Assembly: GCA_964016885.1 (NCBI GenBank)
Contig: OZ024743.1
Location: 141,360,001 to 141,424,000, forward strand
Reading direction: 5' to 3'
Source: Eledone cirrhosa
Lineage: Eukaryota
Length of the DNA stretch: 64,000 nucleotides
A program made the position numbers and the translations under genes. The notes beneath the pieces were generated by a model. It ran no database searches. It was given only the letters and a program-made list of their open reading frames with translations, and had not been told where the DNA came from. This document shows positions 60,701-64,000 of this stretch, piece by piece. Numbering within the stretch: position 1 is the stretch's first letter; each line of letters starts with the position of its first letter.

Positions 60701-63700
60701 GGTGCTTGGTGCTTGGTGTTTGGTGTTTGATGCTTGGTGTTTGCTGCTGGCTGCTTGCTGCTTGGTGTTTGGTGCTAGGGGCTTGGTGCTTGGTGCTTGG
60801 TGTTTGGTGCTTGGTGCTTGGTGCCTGGTGCTTGGTGCTTGGTGCTTGTTGTTTGGTGCTTGGTGCTTGGTGATTAGTGTTTGGTGCTTGGTGCTTGCGG
60901 TTTGGTGTTTGGTGCTTGGGGTTTGGTGTTTGGTGCTTGGTGCTTGTTGTTTGGTGCTTGGTGCTTGGTGCTTGGTGTTTGGTGCTTGGTGCTTGGTGTT
61001 TGGTGCTTGGTGCTTGGTGTTTGGTGTTTGGCGTTTGCTGTTTGCTGTTTGGTGTTTGGTGTTTGCTGTTTGGTGCTTGGTGCTTGGTGTTTGGTGTTTG
61101 GTGTTTGGTACTTGGTGCTTGGTGTTTGGTGCTTGGTGCTTGGTGCTGGGTGTTTGGTGCTTGGTGCTTGGTGTTTGGTGCTTGGTGCTTGGTGCTTGGT
61201 GTTTGGTCCTTGGTGCTTGGTGCTTGGTCTTTGGTGCTTGTGTTTTGGTGTTTGGTGCTTGGTGCTTGGTGTTTGGTGCTTGGTTCTTGGTGCTTGGTGC
61301 TTGGTGTTTGTTGATTGCTGCTTGGTGCTTGGTGTTTGGTGCTTGGTGCTTGGTGACTAGTGTTTGGTGATTGGTGCTTGGGGTTTGCTGTTTGGTGCTT
61401 GGTGTTTGGTGCTTGGTGCTTGCTGTTTGGTGTTTGGTGTTTGGTTCTTGGTGCTTGGTGTTTGGTGTTTGGTGTTTGGTGCTTGGTGCTTGGTGTTTGG
61501 TGCTTGGTGCTTGGTGCTTGGTGTTTGGTGCTGCGTGCTTGGTGTTTGGTGTTTGGTGCTTGGTGCCTGGTGCTTGTTGTTTGGTGCTTAGTGCTTGGTG
61601 TTTGGTGTTTGGTGCTTGGTGCTTGGTGGCTGGTGCTTGGTGCTTGGTGTTTGGAGTTTGGTGCTTGGTGCTTGGTGCTTGGTGCCTGGTGTTTCGTGCT
61701 TGGTGCTTGGTGTTTGGTGTTTGGTGCTTGGTGTTTGGTGTTTGGTACTTGGTGCTTGGTGCTTGGTGCTTGGTGTTTGGTGCTTGGTGCTTGGTGCTTG
61801 GGGCTTGGTGTTTGGTGTTTGGTGCTTGGTGCTTGGTGTTTGATGTTGGGTCCTTGGTGCTTGGTGTTTGGTGTTTGGTGTTTGGTGTTTGGTGTTTGGT
61901 GCTTGGTGCTTGGTGTTTGGTGTTTGGTGCTTGGTGCTTGGGGCTTGGTGTTTGGTGCTTGGTGCTTGGTGTTTGGTGCTTGGTGCTTGGTGCTTGTTGT
62001 TTGGTGCTTGGTGCTTCGTGATTGGTGCTTGGTGCTTGGTGTTTGGTGCTTGGTGCTTGGTGATTAGTGTTTGTTGCTTGGTGCTTGGGGTTTGGTGGTT
62101 GGTGCTTGGTGCTTGGTGTTTGGTGTTTGGTGTTTGGTGTTTGGTGTTTGCTGTATGGTGTTTGCTGTTTCGTATTTGGTTTTTGCTGTTTGGTGTTTGG
62201 TGTTTGCTGTTTGGTGTTTGGTGTTTGGTGTTTGGTGCTTGGTGCTTGGTGCTTGGTGTTTGGCGTTTGGTGCTTGGTGCTTGGTGTTTGGTGCTTCGTG
62301 CTTGGTGTTTGGTGTTTGGTGCTTGGTGGCTGGTGCTTGTTGTATGGTGCTTGGTGCTTGGTGATTAGTGTTTGGTGCTTGGTGCTTGGTGTTTGGTGCT
62401 TGGTGTTTGGTGCTTGGTGTTTGGTGTTTGGTGTTTGGTACTTGGTGTTCGGTGTTTGGTGTTTGGTGCTTGGTGCTTGGTGTTTGATGTTTGGTCCTTG
62501 GTGCTTGGTGTTTGGTGTTGTGTGCTTGGTGCTTGGTGGTTGGTGTTTCGTGCTTGGTGCTTGGTGCTTGGTGTTTGGTGCTTGGTGTTTGATGCTGCGT
62601 CCTTGGTGTTTGGTGTTTGGTGCTTGGTGCTTGGTGTTTGGTGTTTGGAGCTTGGTGCCTGGTGCTTGTTGTTTGGTGTTTGGTGCTTGGTGCTTGGTGT
62701 TTGGTGTTTGGTGCTTGGTGCTTGGTGCTTGGTATCTGGTGTTAGGTGCTTGATGTTTGGTGTTTGGTGCTTGGTGTTTGGTGTTTGGTGCATGGTGCTT
62801 GGTGTTTGGTGCTTGGTGTTTGGTGTTTGGTGTTTGATGCTTGGTGTTTGCTGCTGGCTGCTTGCTGCTTGGTGTTTGGTGCTAGGGGCTTGGTGCTTGG
62901 TGCTTGGTGTTTGGTGCTTGGTGCTTGGTGCCTGGTGCTTGGTGCTTGGTGCTTGTTGTTTGGTGCTTGGTGCTTGGTGATTAGTGTTTGGTGCTTGGTG
63001 CTTGCGGTTTGGTGTTTGGTGCTTGGGGTTTGGTGTTTGGTGCTTGGTGCTTGGTGTTTGGTGCTTGGTGCTTGGTGCTTGGTGTTTGGTGCTTGGTGCT
63101 TGGTGTTTGGTGCTTGGTGCTTGGTGTTTGGTGTTTGATGCTTGGTGTTTGCTGCTGGCTGCTTGCTGCTTGGTGTTTGGTGCTAGGGGCTTGGTGCTTG
63201 GTGCTTGGTGTTTGGTGCTTGGTGCTTGGTGCCTGGTGCTTGGTGCTTGGTGCTTGTTGTTTGGTGCTTGGTGCTTGGTGATTAGTGTTTGGTGCTTGGT
63301 GCTTGCGGTTTGGTGTTTGGTGCTTGGGGTTTGGTGTTTGGTGCTTGGTGCTTGTTGTTTGGTGCTTGGTGCTTGGTGCTTGGTGTTTGGTGCTTGGTGC
63401 TTGGTGTTTGGTGCTTGGTGCTTGGTGTTTGGTGTTTGGCGTTTGCTGTTTGCTGTTTGGTGTTTGGTGTTTGCTGTTTGGTGGTTGGTGCTTGGTGTTT
63501 GGTGTTTGGTGTTTGGTACTTGGTGCTTGGTGTTTGGTGCTTGGTGCTTGGTGCTGGGTGTTTGGTGCTTGGTGCTTGGTGTTTGGTGCTTGGTGCTTGG
63601 TGCTTGGTGTTTGGTCCTTGGTGCTTGGTGCTTGGTCTTTGGTGCTTGTGTTTTGGTGTTTGGTGCTTGGTGCTTGGTGTTTGGTGCTTGGTTCTTGGTG

Positions 63701-64000
63701 CTTGGTGCTTGGTGTTTGTTGATTGCTGCTTGGTGCCTGGTGTTTCGTGCTTGGTGCTTGGTGTTTGGTGTTTGGTGCTTGGTGTTTGGTGTTTGGTACT
63801 TGGTGCTTGGTGCTTGGTGCTTGGTGTTTGGTGCTTGGTGTTTGATGCTGCGTGCTTGGTGTTTGGTGTTTGGTGCTTGCTGCTTGGTGTTTGGTGTTTG
63901 GAGCTTGGTGCCTGCTGCTTGTTGTTTGGTGTTTGGTGCTTGGTGCTTGGTGCTTGGTGTTTGGTGTTTGGTGCTTGGTGCTTGGTGTTTGGTGCTTGGT
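57790..64000 (+). repeat. Second copy of block ~45200-51775 (offset 12590, then 12562, then 12226)
   Basis: TTGGTGTCTG 45241/57831, 46027/58617, 46733/59323 and 47038/59628 = 12590; 48014/60576, 48798/61360 and 49505/62067 = 12562; 50520/62746 and 51059/63285 = 12226. It includes the 706-bp and 301-bp duplications and the rare variants GATGGTGCGTCC, CTTGCAGC and GACTAG. Confidence 0.92.

Larger units (their letters stand above)
1..64000 (+). repeat. Heptameric satellite array (TTGGTGC/TTGGTGT)n, ~9,140 units, G/T-rich strand on +, open at both window ends
   Basis: Seen directly: the sequence parses throughout into 7-mers TTGGTGC or TTGGTGT with sparse substitution variants (TTGCTGT, TTGGTGA, TTAGTGT, TTGGGGT, CTGGTGY, TTGATGY). 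No A/C-rich (inverted) segment and no non-repeat insert was seen. Confidence 0.99.

Noticed and set aside
160-62030. CCAATCA (CCAAT-box-like) motifs on the minus strand from TTGGTGA-TTGGTG variants
   Set aside because: A single substitution of the consensus creates them, and there is no gene or promoter context, so they are not called regulatory.
360-62340. Chi-like GGTGGCTGGTG variants
   Set aside because: They read GCTGGTGC or GCTGGTGT, not the E. coli Chi GCTGGTGG, and arise from two substitutions in adjacent units.
679-63290. CRISPR-like reading with GGTGATTAGTG as repeat and intervening DNA as spacers
   Set aside because: Intervals vary from 70 bp to ~2 kb and are themselves satellite. 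There are no unique spacers, leader or cas genes.
15-63722. Hundreds of + strand ORFs (LVLGAWC/LVFGVWC repeats) resembling Cys/Trp-rich membrane proteins
   Set aside because: They overlap in all three frames with the same peptide, start mostly at GTG/TTG inside the repeat, and end wherever a rare A-variant makes TGA or TAG. Indels come in 7s rather than 3s, so there is no sign of codon-level selection.
1-64000. Canonical telomere repeat (TTAGGG, TTTAGGG, TTAGG) or interstitial telomeric sequence
   Set aside because: Only isolated TTAGG variants and one TTTAGGG (~23710) occur, never in tandem. The consensus has no A and no GGG.
1-64000. C/T dimorphism caused by CpG deamination or fungal RIP
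   Set aside because: The variable C is in a G-C-T context, not CpG or CpA. The abundant minus-strand CpA sites are largely unmutated (TG->TA variants on + are rare), which is contrary to RIP.
1-64000. Cyanobacterial STRR-type heptamer repeats or a bacterial VNTR
   Set aside because: Those are short tracts of tens to hundreds of bp between or within genes. A gene-free array of 64 kb or more with kb-scale HORs does not fit a prokaryotic genome.
1-64000. Pure sequencing or polymerase-slippage artefact, or synthetic data-storage DNA
   Set aside because: Rare variants recur in conserved order, with nested duplications and stepwise mutation series, as expected from evolution by descent. Individual near-identical duplications could still be assembly errors, as flagged in the findings.

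Overview
The whole 64-kb window is one uninterrupted, single-orientation heptamer satellite, consensus (TTGGTGY)n on + and (RCACCAA)n on -, of about 9,140 units (64000/7). The array runs off both ends. I see no unique sequence, gene, RNA gene, transposon, CRISPR spacer or inversion, and every ORF in the track is a translation of the repeat (LVLGAWC-like on +, TKHQAPS/TKHQTPN-like on -). Position 7 alternates irregularly between C and T, and rare variant units act as landmarks. These landmarks show nested higher-order repeats and duplications with offsets of 119, 245, 301, 706, 1750, ~2.45-2.5k, 2618, ~2.75k, 3395, ~4.5-4.75k, ~5.8-5.9k and ~12.6k bp. The 7-bp register is almost perfectly kept: by hand I count 14 net phase slips, which trace to about 6 independent events. 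Different variant sets mark the left, middle and right of the window, like the layered expansions of centromeric satellites. The array is most likely eukaryotic heterochromatin (centromeric, pericentromeric or telomere-associated), but organism and function cannot be determined from the sequence. Offsets were read manually from landmarks and the ORF track; block boundaries are approximate (tens of bp).
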